A DNA stretch of 64,000 nucleotides from Ginglymostoma cirratum (taxonomy: Eukaryota), in contig JAHRHZ010000087.1 of the NCBI GenBank assembly GCA_024137785.1, positions 5,751,818-5,815,817 on the forward strand, in the 5' to 3' direction. The notes beneath the pieces were generated by a model. That model had not been told where the DNA came from and ran no database searches. It was given only the letters and a program-made list of their open reading frames with translations. A program made the position numbers and the translations under genes. Below, in pieces: positions 13,485 to 27,137 of this stretch (within the stretch, counting starts at the first letter, position 1; each line of letters opens with the position of its first letter).

Positions 13485-13527
<43 letters not shown>
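13485..13527 (+). repeat. (GT)n microsatellite, about 21 units
   Basis: Perfect dinucleotide run. Confidence 0.97.
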
Positions 13528-13528
<1 letters not shown>

Positions 13529-15756
13529 TTTTTGCTGGTCTGGACTATGGTTGCTATTGTTCATACATTTTACAATTAAAAAATTCTGAAGAAAATTACA
13601 ATATAGTATGTGGTCAATGATGAAGATACAAGGTCAGCTTTTTAGAATCTTGATAAACTACACATTCAGTCTCGTATGGAACATGCACTCCTGTAAATTT
13701 TCCCCAGTAACTTATAGGCTTGCATTTTGATCATGCTGCTTATTCAACTTTATATCTCACTACTTTTAACACAATTAATTATTCTTCCTTCTCCAAACAC
13801 TTGAAGCTCTCATATTAAACGAAGAACTAATCTGAAATTTTATAATTGCCTTGAGTTAAAAGTTCACTAAATTCAGAAGTCATTCAGGAATTCTTTTATT
13901 TAAAAGGAAGTGGGCCCATCAGCTTTCTCATTGACCTAAAGCTTTATTTTGATTTGTTGCTGGTTTTTAAGTCACTACTCCCCAGTATAATTTTTTTAGC
14001 CTCCACATTCTTTTGCCACTTTTCACCATTCTGACCTCACAACAAACTCCCACTATTGTATTATTCATCTTCTACGTTTTCTGGCTCTCAAACTACCATT
14101 AGATTTTTAGTCTGCCTCCAGCAATCTATTTTTTTCCCCCTGCATTCATCCCCTTCACAACCCCCAACATAAAAATACAAGACTTTCTGAGAAAGTTCTT
14201 GACTGTTTCTGCTATTATATTGCACTAAGATTCTGACCTCTACCTCCAGTTTCTGGTGATCACATCTTGTGCAGCCAGTTGTCCACTGAATATGCTGAAC
14301 ATTTTTGTAACGTGGTTGTGTGGGAGGAATCTAATGTCACACATAACTTACGGGCATGAGCCCCGTGTAGAATATAAGTAACTACTGAGCCATTATGTTC
14401 ATATTCATTCACTCAATATTTGAGTGCTTGAGAACTTCTTTAGGTCAATTGAAAAGAATAGAGAGGATGTTTTTTGGGTGCATATTTGCATTGTTTGGAA
14501 GTATGCTCATTGAAAGCACCACTGCGAGAGGCCAGAGGAATGAAAGGTTAGACTTCTGACCCTTCCGCTATTCATTTAGTCGTCCTTTAGACTGATGTCA
14601 TTAATTGAGGCCATCTGTGGAAAGCAACTGGAGTTCCTGATTAGCCTCAGGGTTTTACAGATTCACAATACCATGCTGTTTTTCACCTTAAGCCTGGACA
14701 GAGAAACAGTAACTCTAATAGCTCAATGAATGTTATTAACCTTAGAACTGCGGTTACTCCATTTATTATACAAACTAAGTGGCACTTTTGTTTTGCAACA
14801 GCAGGCTTTAGTGACAGAGGAAAAAAATAGCCTCGTGTCTCTATTACGTTTAACAGGGTTTTAAAGTGTTTATTGTGAAGCCATGGTTTTTATACTGTTA
14901 GGACTATATCTTTTTTTATTTTTCCATACTTGTGGCTGTAGACCTGAAAGTGGAAATAACTGTTTTAAAAACCAGGGGTCATTGGAGGATTATTGCATTT
15001 TTTAAAAGCTGAGTTACTGATGCTCATTATAAGTGCTGTTTACACACTGAAGCAGTGGGAAAGGCCGAGTTACAGATAAGCCAGAACTGGGGAAGAGGCA
15101 GTATGTGAATGGAGATTTGGCCAGCAATAAGTAGCTGAGTGGTCTATGAAATGGTGACGAGTTATTGATAACAAAGGCCTTCTGCATGCTAACAATTATA
15201 TGATTGGTTCCCAGGTAGTCTTGGGGGTGTGAATGTATGGTCAGAAGCCATCTAGTCCCTGGATGGGAAGAAACTTTTCTTTTCTCTGGTTTAAAAAAAA
15301 GTCTCCCAAGGCTTTGAAAATAAGAGGTTATTTCCCCTCATCAGTTGCTGTAAGCTTTGACTTTGAACTAATAAGTCAGAAAACTTTATAAGTGTGAACC
15401 AGTTACCCTGTGCTTCCTGCAAATAAATTAATGTACCTGAAGAAAGAAAATTGAAGCAGTGTTCTGATCAGCAAAAGGATGACCTTAGAAAACCCTGTGG
15501 GCAGGGTGCACTGACCTGCTTCACAGTTCTTTCTGTCAACCCAATAACATCATTTTTTTTTGTTATCCGTCTATATGTCTGCATGGAGCGAGTTTTATAA
15601 GGGGGTCAGTGTTTCAACTAGTCGACATATATGCTGACTGTTCATATTTTTCATCTGTAGCTAGCAAATATTTATTTGTAATAGATAGTAATTCTTAAGT
15701 ATAGAAACCTGGCTGGTACGTTCTGTACCTAAGTATAACAAAACAGGTAAATTGGG

Positions 15757-15886
15757 GAGATAAAAGGTACTGCAGATGCTGGAGAATCCGAGATAACAAG
15801 CATGGGGCTGGATGAACACAGCAGGTCAAGCAGCATCATAGGAGCAGAAAAACTTGACGTTTCGGGCCTAAACCCTTCATCAGAAA
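15757..15886 (-). mobile_element. PLE family A solo 3' fragment with hammerhead motif (15852-15886)
   Basis: Near-identical to 674-803. A 14-bp TSD, GGTAAATTGGGGAG, lies at 15746-15759 and 15899-15912. Confidence 0.88.
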
Positions 15887-16424
15887 AAATGAAATTGGGG
15901 TAAATTGGGGAGTTCTGTGTGCTTTTTGTACAATCTTTAACTTTTGTGCTAACTCTGAGACTCGTGGGGTTTGATTTCCAATGCACTACCCCAATGAGGC
16001 AAGGCTATACTTTTAACAATCAAATTCAAGGGCAAATGGTTGACATGTTTTGACAATCACACCTTTTAAATGGTTATTAAACTGATTCTGATTTAAAACA
16101 ATAAATATTTATGCGGCATTTTTCATTAGATATTACATCAGGATCACAAAGCACAAAGTACGGGCATCTAATGAAGGTGTACACTGCCAGATATACATTA
16201 ATCATGTGCAACACCGTAATCTGACTGAACACTTGTGTTTTTTCATTATTCACTTCTTAATTCTTGAGAGTTGACAGTTCTCCCACAATCTTTAACAAAA
16301 TTTTTCACCCAATGCACTCCAAAATCTGGTCACTTATATTTTTGGTTATGAAAACATAGTGTCCAAGAAGTCTATTATTTCTGCCTTTCGTTAAGTTTCA
16401 TTCAGCACTACTTAAGCTCAGTGA

Positions 16425-17215
16425 TGACATTCATACCTCTTCAGTGTGAAAGCAATGAATTTAAGTCCCACGAAATGGCAGAAATCCAAGACTCATCCAG
16501 GCTGACATTTCATTGGAATATTGAAAGCATTCTACACTGCTGGAGGTGCCACCTTTCAGGTGAAATCTTAAACCAAAGGCCCTCTGTCTTCTAAGGTGGA
16601 TGTAAAAGAGCACATGACACTATTCAGAGAGTAGAGAAATTCTAGGTAACTGAGGAAAAAAGAACTTGCATTTATATTTCACTCTTAACAACTACTGGAT
16701 GTTTCAAAGTGCATCTTGAAAATACAGGAAATACAGAAGTTAATTTGCACACATCAAATGCACTCTATGACAATATAATAAAATCCAGACACTTTTGTTC
16801 TGTGATTTCTATTTGAGGAATTAACATTGACTAGGACATGCAGTTAGCTTCACTGTCCTTGCATTCACAAAGGAAGACAGGGTTTCAATTTACAGCCTTA
16901 CCCAAAAAAAAACAGCTTCTCCTATCTATGCAGCACACTCTCAATACTGCACTAGAATGCGCTCAAGCCCTGAAGTAGGACTTAAAGCTTGAATCTTGTG
17001 ACTCAGAGGTGAAAGTACTACCAGCTGGCCCAGACATTACACCCCAGAGGCCAATATTTATTACTTAACCAACATCACCAAAATTAAAAGATTTGATCGT
17101 TATCTCATTCGTGGAGAAGCACATTGCATTTGATTATATTTCAGCTGTAGCTGGCTATGAAACTCTTGGAACAGCTTTAAGTTATGAAGGTGATCTTTTA
17201 TAAAAATGTATAATC
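16425..17215 (+). mobile_element. Deu-domain SINE split by a second, antisense Deu-domain SINE (about 16655-17030, - strand)
   Basis: The sequence ccaggctgacatt...ggaggtgccacctttcagg...taaaccaaaggcc...ggtggatgtaaaaga resumes at ~17040 with ggccaatatttat...aaccaacatcac. The intervening sequence is a reverse-complement copy starting aaagaacttgcatttatat. Confidence 0.65.
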
Positions 17216-17344
17216 TTGTTAAGTTCTAAAATTGTGTTGAATTCAAAATTGTTAGCTTTTAGTATATCCCAGTAAGTTAGTGAAGGAAGTAGTCATTTTC
17301 TATGGTTAATTGAAATTCCAAGTATAAACTATTGCCATTTCTTT

Positions 17345-17893
17345 TAAGGGCTTTGGTTAGGCCACAGTAGGAGTACTGTGTCCAGTTATGGCCACCGCAC
17401 CACAGGAAGAATGTGACCAAACTGGAAGGCATGCAGAGAAGAGTCACTAGGATGTTGTCTGGAATGGAACAACTTAGCTCTGAAGAGAGGCAGGATATAC
17501 TCAAATTGTTTTCTTTAGAGCAAAGAAGGCTGAAAGAGAATTTATAAATGTGTATAAGATTGAGAGGCATGGACATGGTGGAAAGAAAGCAGCTGTTCTC
17601 TTTAGTTGAAGGATCAGTAACAAGGGGACCTAATTTTAAGGTGAAAGGCTGGAGGTTTAGAGGAAATTTGAGGAAAATTTCTTTCACCAGAGAGTGGTGA
17701 GAATCTGGAATACGCTGCCTAGGAGGGTAGTTAAGGCAGGAAACTTCACAACCTTTAAGAAGTACTTCGATGAGTACTTGAATCATAATAACATTGAAAG
17801 CCGGCACTGGAAAGTGGGACTAATGTAGATTTAGTCATTTTTGTTGGTGCAGACTCAATGGACCAAAGGGCCTTTTCTGTACTGTATGATTCT
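17345..17893 (+). mobile_element. CR1 LINE 3' fragment
   Basis: Contains LVRPQ*EYCVQLW-like codons and the 3' UTR ggaccaaagggccttttctgtactgtatgattct. Confidence 0.85.
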
Positions 17894-18744
17894 CATTTCT
17901 ATACTTGAAGTATAGAAGTGCTTCGTGTCTCCATTTCCCCTACCAGCCCCACAACCACAACTCACTGTGCAGTTTTCCTTTGCTAAAGCACTTTTTAATG
18001 TAGTGAAACACCCATTAACAATACTTTAAAGTTCTATAATTGTAAGGGAATTGAACATCGTAGTTGTACATTTCTTAAAAGAAAACGATCTTTTTAAGTT
18101 ATTTCATTTTATTGTGTTGACCAGTTTCAGTAGGGTGGAATTTGAGTATGTGACAATTTGACCCTTGTCAATTTCAAAATCTGAGAGAGGACACCCAGTA
18201 ATGCAAGTCCAGAAATCATCTGCAAAAACAGAGGATGACAGAGGACTCAGAACTAGGGTGTAGCTAGCTCTTGCATATTTTAAAGTTTAACTTGTATGTC
18301 AGCTGTGATGTTCTTCAGCTTTAAATAATCCAATTTTACCTTTCTCTTAAAGGAAGTTTTACACATATCAAACTAATGTTTTTACTGAACTGTTGCAATA
18401 TACTGGTATTGACATAGAAGTTGCACTAATGTCAAACAATGTTTCATCCTCGTGTGGGTTTTAATTGCTCCAACCACCAGTGAACATTAGTACTTCACTG
18501 TAGTATTGTGGAAATCACAGTTCTGTCTGCTCTTGATCACTGGAATATTGTTACAATTACGAGCTTTATAAAACTTTTGGGAGCAGTGTCTTTGATTTAA
18601 GATAAAACTGAGGGAATCATGTAACCTTTCTGAAGTTTGCTTAACGACAGGCCTGGGGCAGTTAAAAAATCAAAGGGAGGTCTAGAGTGTGTTACATGAG
18701 CCCTGGTGTAATGTGTTCATGGTTAGACACAGATGTACGTACAA

Positions 18745-19010
18745 ACATATGAATTAGGAGAAGAAGTAAGCCTCTAGTCTGCTCTGTCCACCAGTTAATA
18801 AGATCTTGGCTGATCTGATTATGCCCTCATCCTCATTCCTGTCTACTCCCTTGCAAATAAAGAACCTAGCTCTTGCCTTAATGATCTTGCCTCCACAGCT
18901 CTCTGAAGGACTGAATTCCAAAGATCCAAGACCCTCTAAAGAAAAAAAATCCTCCCCTCTTCCATCTTAAATGGGAGATCCTTTGGTTTTAAAATGTTTT
19001 CCCTTATTCT
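18745..19010 (-). mobile_element. CR1 LINE 3' end fragment
   Basis: Resembles the CR1 3' ends at 43985 and 57602 (acatatgaattaggag...aagatcttggctgatctg...gaattccaaaga). Confidence 0.6.
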
Positions 19011-19210
19011 CATTCTAGACAATGGCAGTACTCTGAGCTCACTGTGGTTGGACTCTTCGTCATCCAGCATCCCAGAAAGGGTTTGAAAGTATCAGGTTCT
19101 AAATAGTTGTTCTCGTAAATGGTCCATTTACTTCTAATACGAAGGAGAGTTGAAGACAACAATAACTAATCAACATTTTTAGCTGACTGTAAAGCTCGCA
19201 TGTTCCATAA

Positions 19211-19424
19211 TATAACACAGTGTGGAGCTGGAGGAACACAGCAGGTCAGGCAGCATCAGAGGAGCAGGAAAGTTGACTTTTCAGGTCGGCACCCTTCCTC
19301 TGAAGAAGGGTACTGACCCGAAATGTCAACTTTCCTGCTCCTCTGATGCTGCCTGACCTGCTGTGTTCCTCCAGTTCCACACTGTGTTATCTCTGACTCC
19401 AGCATCGGCAGTTCTTACTATCTC
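19211..19424. mobile_element. PLE family C 3' fragment, near-perfect inverted pair with a hammerhead motif at ~19300-19332 (+)
   Basis: The arms are ~19212-19297 and ~19305-19391. The motif reads CTGAAGA-A-GGGT(ACTG)ACCC-GAAATGTC. TSD ATGTTCCA lies at 19200-19207 and 19427-19434. Confidence 0.85.
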
Positions 19425-20939
19425 TGATGTTCCAAAGAATGTTGCCTTGGGGAAGGGAGCAGAGAGGAAACTATCTTTGCGATCAGGCTTCATGCTTCTC
19501 TACAAATCACACAATATCACAGAGGCAGAAGTTTCGTCTGGTCAGCAGAGAAAGCTGCTGCTTGGCTTTGCAAACTATATTGCTGGATATGGGAAAAAAG
19601 CAGTAGTTATTCAAAGAGACACATCCTGCCGCCATTGTAGGATTCCACAAAATGTAGCCCAGTGTGTTAAGAAGGGAAAAGTCATTGGGACAGGCTTTAC
19701 TGCTGATGGTAGATTTAGGAACATCTGCACAACTAAGTGAAACACGTGGGAGTAACTATTCAAAATTACAACTCCACAAAATTGAGAAAGGCAAACTAAT
19801 TGGAAGTAGGCAGTAACGAGAACTGTTTTTCTATAAGGATTACCCCAGAGTGTGGATACTGAATAAATTTAAAGAGGAGATAGACCTTTACTTAGTAACA
19901 ATTTGAAGAGTTATTGGGACCGAGCAGCAAAGTGAAGTTGAAGCTGGGATGTGATCAACCATGATCGTATTAATTGGTAAGGTAGGGGCTGAATTGTCTG
20001 CTCCTGTTCCTAGTTCTTATAAACCAGCCTCAACTAGTTGGGTCAAATGGCCTTTTGTATGCTGTAAATTCAAAGTAATATAGGATTTAATGGTAAAATA
20101 TGTGCATTTGTAGAATTCAAACATTTCATAAACCCAATAAAACACAACATGGCATTCATAAACTAGGAGTTTTACAACAAATGATAGTGTATATGCAAAC
20201 ATGTTGCTGTACATGTTGGCAGTTGACTGCAGAATATGTACATTTTGATTTTTTTTCGGCAATATACAAAGAATGAGAGGTTTGAAGCTCCAGTCTGATT
20301 GAAAGATGATACAGGTAGGCCACCACCTGAGCTGGGCCTCTAATTCCAATGATGATTCAAAACTATTGAGTATGTGTGGGTCGTTTATTGTGCCAAGTGT
20401 ACGTCATATTTTGGGGCAAGCCCAAGCTGCTTTAGCTAATATAAACTGAGGTATTTCGTCATCTTTTGCACACTGTTTGCAGTGGCTTTGTTCCTCTTTT
20501 TCCACAATCTCTGCTTTATCTCTTCCTGGTCTCCACTCAGTCTGTGTCCTGATCTGAATTCCTTTTCACAATTATTTTTTCCCCTCTGAAGTTGATATTA
20601 AATGACAGTTGCAAATTCTATTTAAATGTTGCAAGTGAATTTCTTCCAGTTCAAAGTGGGAGACACACTTCTCCCAGTGCCAGTTTCAAATCACAAATTT
20701 TTGCAATTGGCTGTGAATGGACGTTTTGGAATTTTCGCTGCTGAACTGAATGGAATATATGAAGGAGATAAAAGGTACTGCAGATGCTGGAGAATCCGAG
20801 ATAACAAGCATGGGGCTGGATGAACACAGCAGGTCAAGCAGCATCATAGGAGCAGGAAAACTTGACGTTTCGGGCCTAAACCCTTCATCAGAAATGGGGG
20901 AGGGGAAGAGGGTTCTGAAATAAATAGGGAGAGAGGGGG

Positions 20940-21339
20940 NNNNNNNNNNNNNNNNNNNNNNNNNNNNNNNNNNNNNNNNNNNNNNNNNNNNNNNNNNNNN
21001 NNNNNNNNNNNNNNNNNNNNNNNNNNNNNNNNNNNNNNNNNNNNNNNNNNNNNNNNNNNNNNNNNNNNNNNNNNNNNNNNNNNNNNNNNNNNNNNNNNNN
21101 NNNNNNNNNNNNNNNNNNNNNNNNNNNNNNNNNNNNNNNNNNNNNNNNNNNNNNNNNNNNNNNNNNNNNNNNNNNNNNNNNNNNNNNNNNNNNNNNNNNN
21201 NNNNNNNNNNNNNNNNNNNNNNNNNNNNNNNNNNNNNNNNNNNNNNNNNNNNNNNNNNNNNNNNNNNNNNNNNNNNNNNNNNNNNNNNNNNNNNNNNNNN
21301 NNNNNNNNNNNNNNNNNNNNNNNNNNNNNNNNNNNNNNN
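20940..21339. other. Assembly gap (400 N)
   Basis: Run of N. Confidence 0.97.
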
Positions 21340-21442
21340 CTTCGACTTGTCTGCCTCCTCTCCACCTATCCTCTCCTCTATCCATCCTCTATCCGCCTCC
21401 CCCTCTCTCCCTATTTATTTCAGAACCCTCTTCCCCTCCCCC

Positions 21443-21478
21443 ATTTCTGATGAAGGGTTTAGGCCCGAAACGTCAAGT
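21443..21478 (+). ncRNA. Minimal type I hammerhead motif (family A)
   Basis: Identical to 1238-1273. Predicted cleavage follows GUC at 21474. Confidence 0.7.
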
Positions 21479-22278
21479 TTTCCTGCTCCTATGATGCTGC
21501 TTGACCTGCTGTGTTCATCCAGCCCCATGCTTGTTATCTCGGAATATATGAAGTGCAATTTTTTATGACAGGAAAATTTTAACTTTATCTGTGACACGAT
21601 GACATACCTGCTTTTCTCTAAATCAATTACCCAATTTATTTTGGCGTTCGGAGCAAAAATAAAACAAAGCAAAAATGTTTCTTGATGCTCAACTGCTAAT
21701 TTCACTTCGGTTCCTTGAATTAGAATGCTGTCAGTTCTGTTAGAACATATTTTTATAAATGTTTTCACCAAAAAGAATTCAGTAAATCAGATGTCTCTAG
21801 AAAATTGGCAAAAAGAGATTTGTATCTTAAAGAAAGCTGACCCTTTGAACAGCCCCGATAGTATGGCTTTAACCAGCAATAGGGTATGATGTTCCAAATA
21901 AGCTGTAAGGCTTTGAAAAATGCTTCACTTGTATTGCAGGATAAATGCAAAGGCAGATAATTACAATTCGGCAGAGTAGCAGGCTCAGTAATTTCTTAAG
22001 GAGTCCACAGGCCCAAGTATTTATTTTCATACTTTTTATTTATCCATTTTCAGAGGATGAGATCCATTACCTAATGCAGGTGATTCACAGCCCATTATTT
22101 AACAAGTAGAGGCAAAAAAAGTAAAGGGACATTTTATTAAGTAACGCAATACTATTAGTATTGGGTGTCATCTGGAGTTTTAAATTCTAATAGACAAAAT
22201 TAATGTGAATGTACAGGATTATATACATATATTCAAGAAGCAATGAGGTGAAATATTTAAAACATATGTATGTATCCT

Positions 22279-22408
22279 TAATAAAAACCGAAAGAACTGC
22301 GGATGCTGTAAATCAGGAACAAAAACAAAGCTGCTGGAAAAGCCCAGCATCTGGGAAGGTAAAAAACAGAGTTAACATTTCGGGTCCAGTGACCCTTCCT
22401 CAGAACTG
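22279..22408 (-). mobile_element. PLE family B solo 3' fragment with hammerhead motif (22370-22407)
   Basis: The minus strand reads AGTT-CTGAGGA-A-GGGTC(ACTG)GACCC-GAAATGTT-AACT. An imperfect flanking repeat is atgtatgtatcctt / atatatatatcctt. Confidence 0.82.
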
Positions 22409-24414
22409 ATATATATATCCTTGCCTGCCCTCGCTCCATATTAGATTGCCTTTTTTTTTGCAAGGTCTGGAGGAGCCTTTCTCTTACTCATTTTGCACAA
22501 AATTATAACCTTTCAAAGATTATCGCCTTCTTCCCTTTCAAAATATGTGTAATTACTATATCAGTCAACTTCACTCATTGCGATTCCAGAGAAATTCAGA
22601 ACTAAAACTCATTCAACTTTTCCCCATCCCTCTGGCACCTGCCCTTACAATGTGAGAAAACATTTTGCAAAAATATTAACCACCTATGTTTACAAATCTG
22701 CAGATGATTCACTTTTTCTGGTGTAGCTTATAAAATCTACCAAAAATATTGTAAATTCAAATTAGCTCATTGATGGGCTCACCACCTAACTTCTGTGACC
22801 TCTTGCATGAAACATGGGCCCCACATGAACTTGCGTCAATGAACTAGGAAACGCTGACTGTTATGGCAACATGGTAGTACGTTTATGTTGATTCTCAGTA
22901 GAAAATCTAGATCAGCAAATGGGTACATCAGTATGGCAACTGTCTGTAAAAATTTATTAGGGTTCATATACTATTAAAGTATTATGCCTTATGCTGTCTA
23001 TTGGCAGAGCTACTGGATTTAACATCACTGTAACTGCTTCATGAACGAAAGACTCACTCATGAGCTCTCTTTCTATAAGAATCGTGTGCAGAAATCAGAG
23101 TTCCATTGACTCATTGAATAGAACGTTTACATTTCTTTGTTTTAACAATCTCAGAAATGGGCATTTGAAATGCATTGCATGCAAAGGACTTCAGATTCAC
23201 ACAAGGATTTGTGTGATTTGTCTCCAATCAACCAAATTATTTCTCCGAATTTTCAAAGGCTTTTTGTCTCTGAATCTGAGAGAGAGGGGAACTGGAGAGT
23301 GAACAACCTTTGCCAAGTTTTCTTTGAATCAAGGACCAGGGGATCTATGAGGTTTACTTGCCTATCTCTTCTACTTTAGATGTCCAACATGATGCAGAGA
23401 AACAACCGGCATAGAGTGGACCCAATCATGTGACTAGATAGAGTGGTGCATTATGTATTTTAGCTACTTGTGAAGCATCAGCACCATTTGAAATGCTGAA
23501 GCACTTCAGGTATTGCTGAGATCTTGTTCCATGTGTGATACATGGGTAAGTTTATGACACCTTCCGACTAACTTGGAACATCATTGAAAATGGCTATGGA
23601 AAATTCTGAAAGTCATTAGATCCAAATTCATTTGTCATTGTTATAGCCTGAGTGAGGTCATTGGCATTTTCTTCTTCTCTGGCTTTCTTTTGAGATTCTC
23701 TCTCTTTGCGTCTCAATGTCACCCACCCATCCAATCTTTGTACTTCCTCACCTGCTTCTCCTCTCAGTTTCTTCCTCAGTTGTTCCCAGGAGAAGACTGT
23801 CTAAGAAAGCATGGCAGTAGGAATCCAAAGAGTTGAGAGGAAAGTAGTGTAGAAATTAAAGCAGCAATGAGCATAGTGCTACAAATGCTGTCTTTTAAAA
23901 TAAAGTGCCTGTGAATGTGTTGGTATAACCATGTTCAGCATATCAATATGAGGAACATCTGTAATGCAGAAATATTTTGTTTGAAATTTGAATATCTAAT
24001 TAGTTGTCTGTAATGTTCTGGACGCTTGATGTTTAGAAGAAAATGAACTTTTTCCATAAACCTTCGATTACCAAGATCTTTCGAAATGTTAAAATGTTTT
24101 AAATATGTCGCATTTAACACAGTCACATTTACTTTAAACTGCAAAAATGTCTACTTCCTTATGTATAAACAAACATAGAGAAAACTTCATCTCTCACCAT
24201 TATCTGCCCTAACACTTCTAGAAGACCCAGAACAATGGTATTATTCCATGATGCTGCACTGCCAGCAGTGTAACCCTAATCTTCTGACCTTGCTTCCCCT
24301 GGGCCTGGTGTTAGATGAAATAGGGGTCCAATGAATGTGTAAGCAGTTTCAGCTCATGGACTGGGGGGGAATGGTAGCACTGGGGAGTCATCACCTTCAA
24401 TTACTGTACCTCAA

Positions 24415-24732
24415 GGGGCAGCATGGTGGCTCAGTGGTTAGCACTACTGCCTGATAACACCAAGGACCCAGGTTCAATTCCAGCCTTGGGTGACTGTCTG
24501 TGTGGAGTTTGCACATTCTCCCCGTGGCTGTGTGGGTTTCCTCTGGGTGCTCTGGTTTTCTCCCACAGTCCAAAGATGTGTACGTTAGGTGGATTGGCCA
24601 TGCTAAATTGCCCTTAGTGTTCAGGGATGTGTAGATTAGGTGGGTTGTAGGGGGATAGGTCTGGGTCGGATGCTGAGGGTCAGTGTGGAGTTGTTGGGCC
24701 GAAGGGCCTGTTTCCACACTGCACAGATTCTA
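24415..24732 (+). mobile_element. tRNA-derived SINE (elasmobranch HE1/V-SINE-like), full length
   Basis: A box TGGCTCAGTGG at 24427 and B box GGTTCAATTCC at 24471, then tgtggagtttgcacattctccccgtg and a CR1-like tail gggccgaagggcctgtttccacactg. Confidence 0.88.
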
Positions 24733-25040
24733 ATACCTGGTGTCACACAGGTAGATTATTGCGAAGCTCCCTTTACGTCAGTCTTGGTTTCCATCTTTCA
24801 TAGGACATATTCATAGTGACTTCATCACATGACCTCAGATGCCCTCGCATATACTTTCAGCATTGGTCGTCCAACATCTATCCTCATGGTGCACCATCAT
24901 CCCAAACCAAACTGACAAGTAGGTAGACACTTCATTTAGTGGATTGGATGATTTTTGCCTGTACATCAAGCAACTATTTATCTCCAAATCTCTCTGTGCC
25001 CAGTTCATGAAATTACACAAATATTTTAATACATTTTTAC

Positions 25041-25560
25041 ACAGAATCACAGAAATATTATGGTCTGGAAGGAAGCCATTTGGCCCATTGTGCCTGCGTA
25101 GTTCCATTTTCTCGTGTGAATCTCCTGCCTTTTCCCATATCCCTGCACTATTACTATTCAAATAGCCATCCATAATTGCATCAATTAAACCTCGCTCCAC
25201 CACAGTTCCAGTCAGTGCATTCCATATGCTAACAATATGCTTTGTGAAAATGTTTTCTCACATCACCCTGGTTTCAGATCACTTTAAATCTGTATCTTCT
25301 TGTTCTTGTTTTTTTCCTTAAGCAGAAACACCTTCACCCAATTTACCGTATCAAACCCACTCATGACTTTGAAAACCTCAATCAGATCTCCTCTCAACTG
25401 CCTTCTTTCCAGCAAGCACTGTCCCAACCTCTACAATCTATTCTCACCTATGCCCATTTTAGCACTCTCTGCAATGCATTCGCATCTTGTCTCTCATGTG
25501 GCACTCACACCTGCACTCCAACTGAGATCTAGCAAGTATCTTGTACAAGTTTAACATACT
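25041..25560 (-). mobile_element. CR1 LINE 3' fragment
   Basis: The tail acagaatcacagaaat...ggaagccatttggccc is present, and ttgaaaacctcaatcagatctcctctcaac is the antisense of LRGDLIEVFK. Confidence 0.8.
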
Positions 25561-26039
25561 GCCCCAGTAACTTTGTTTTTCCTTGATTTACTTCTGGCGG
25601 TTATCCTAGAGATTCGTCTTTAATTGCTGAAGATTTTGTAGCAATCTTGACAATATCCTCAGCCGAATCTAGATCCACCTAATTTATATTGCGTATTAGA
25701 CCATTTTATACTGTAATGCTATTCCTGTTAGGAACTTAAAGTGTTCAAACTCATTTCAACTCAAACCTTTTGACAGCCAAAACCTTTATCCCAGCAGTTT
25801 GGTTTGGATTTGAACTTGGGCTCCTCATGTGAAATATCTGTTTATTATCCACTGCACCACTCCATTCCTGATTGAAATAGCTTTTATCAAAATACAATGG
25901 GTGAGCTCTTTCAGTGGTTCAAAGGGTAAATACACATTTTGTAAGGTGGTACAGTAATAAAAAATGTTCAGTGTCAGACAACAAGTGTCCAGATACGGTA
26001 ATTAAGAGCCTCTGCTCAGGTTGGCAATGCAATCTAAGT

Positions 26040-26570
26040 TGCAACTGGAATGTTGAGTACTATTACAAAGAGCACTGGAATACAAAGGGAATAAAAGGTT
26101 ATGCTTCAGTCATACAATGTATTGGTTAGGCCTTTCTGGATTGCTGTGCTCAGGTTAGAACACCACCAGTTAGAACAAAACACTGGCCTATGGGGGGATA
26201 TAGTGCAGAATGATACTAAGCCTCAAAAAGCTGAGTCGTGAAGATGACATAAATAACTTGATTTGTATTCCTGTGAGTTTAGAAGATTTAGGGAAGGTTT
26301 TGGTGGGGCAAATAGAAACAGGAAAAATATTTTCTTAAGTGGGGGAACTCAGAACAAGGGATATAACCTTAAAAATTAAAACTAGACCAGTTAAGAGTGA
26401 AATCAAGAAGTACTTCTTCACACGCAAAGAGGAAATCTAGGTTTCCAACCCTTACCTTCACCCTGCCATGACAAGCTTTGGTCGCTGGTAGCACTGATAT
26501 TTTAAGATTGAAATCAATGCCTTTTTGTTTGTCAATTGTAATAACAGCAATTGGACTTGAGGTGCAGAAA
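26040..26570 (+). mobile_element. Old CR1 LINE fragment
   Basis: Contains LVRPFLDCCAQ-like codons and agaacaaggggatataaccttaaaa (RTRGHxLK-like). Confidence 0.65.
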
Positions 26571-26824
26571 ATTATTAGGACTGGCTCCTATGCTTCAGAC
26601 ATTGTTAGATGTTATCACAACCTCCTGGTATATGTATTCTGTGTGAGGCATGTCTTTCAACATTCTGTTGGATTTAACTATTTCTACTTCAACATATGGA
26701 ATATTATGTCACTCAGGGCTCTCTCAATTTCATCCTTGGCTATTTCAATACCATTCTTGGAGCGTATTGTCATCCATGTTTCCATTACATTTGGCTTGCA
26801 GTAAAGTAAATTTCTTTAATCAAT

Positions 26825-27137
26825 CCTGGGCTGAAGACGTCATTGGCTAGTCCAGCATTTATTGCCTGGAAGGCAGTTAAGATGCAACTACATCACTATG
26901 GGGCCTAGAGTCACAGGTAGGCCAGATCAGGTAATGGTGGCAGATTTCCTTCCCTACAGGATATTAGTGAATCAGATGTGTCATGACAATCAGTAATTAT
27001 ATTGTCTCCATTAGGCTGGCTCTCCCTTTTTTAGATTTTATTGAATTCTGTCATGATCAGGTTTGAACCCACATTCCCAGAACTGGGGTTCTGGATTGCT
27101 TGTCCAGTGACAGTACCGCTACAACACTGCCTTCCCA
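26825..27137 (-). mobile_element. SINE family 2 (tail shared with LINE family 2)
   Basis: Reverse-complement similarity to 61406-61726 (cagcatttattgcc, ggcagttaaga, ggcagatttccttcccta). Confidence 0.75.

Larger units (their letters stand above)
20765..21540. mobile_element. PLE family A inverted pair spanning a gap
   Basis: The arms are 20765-20939 (-) and 21340-21540 (+). A 13-bp TSD, GGAATATATGAAG, lies at 20752-20764 and 21541-21553. Confidence 0.88.

Noticed and set aside
24415-24490. tRNA gene (A and B boxes)
   Set aside because: It continues into a SINE body and tail and has several diverged copies; it is a SINE head, not a tRNA.
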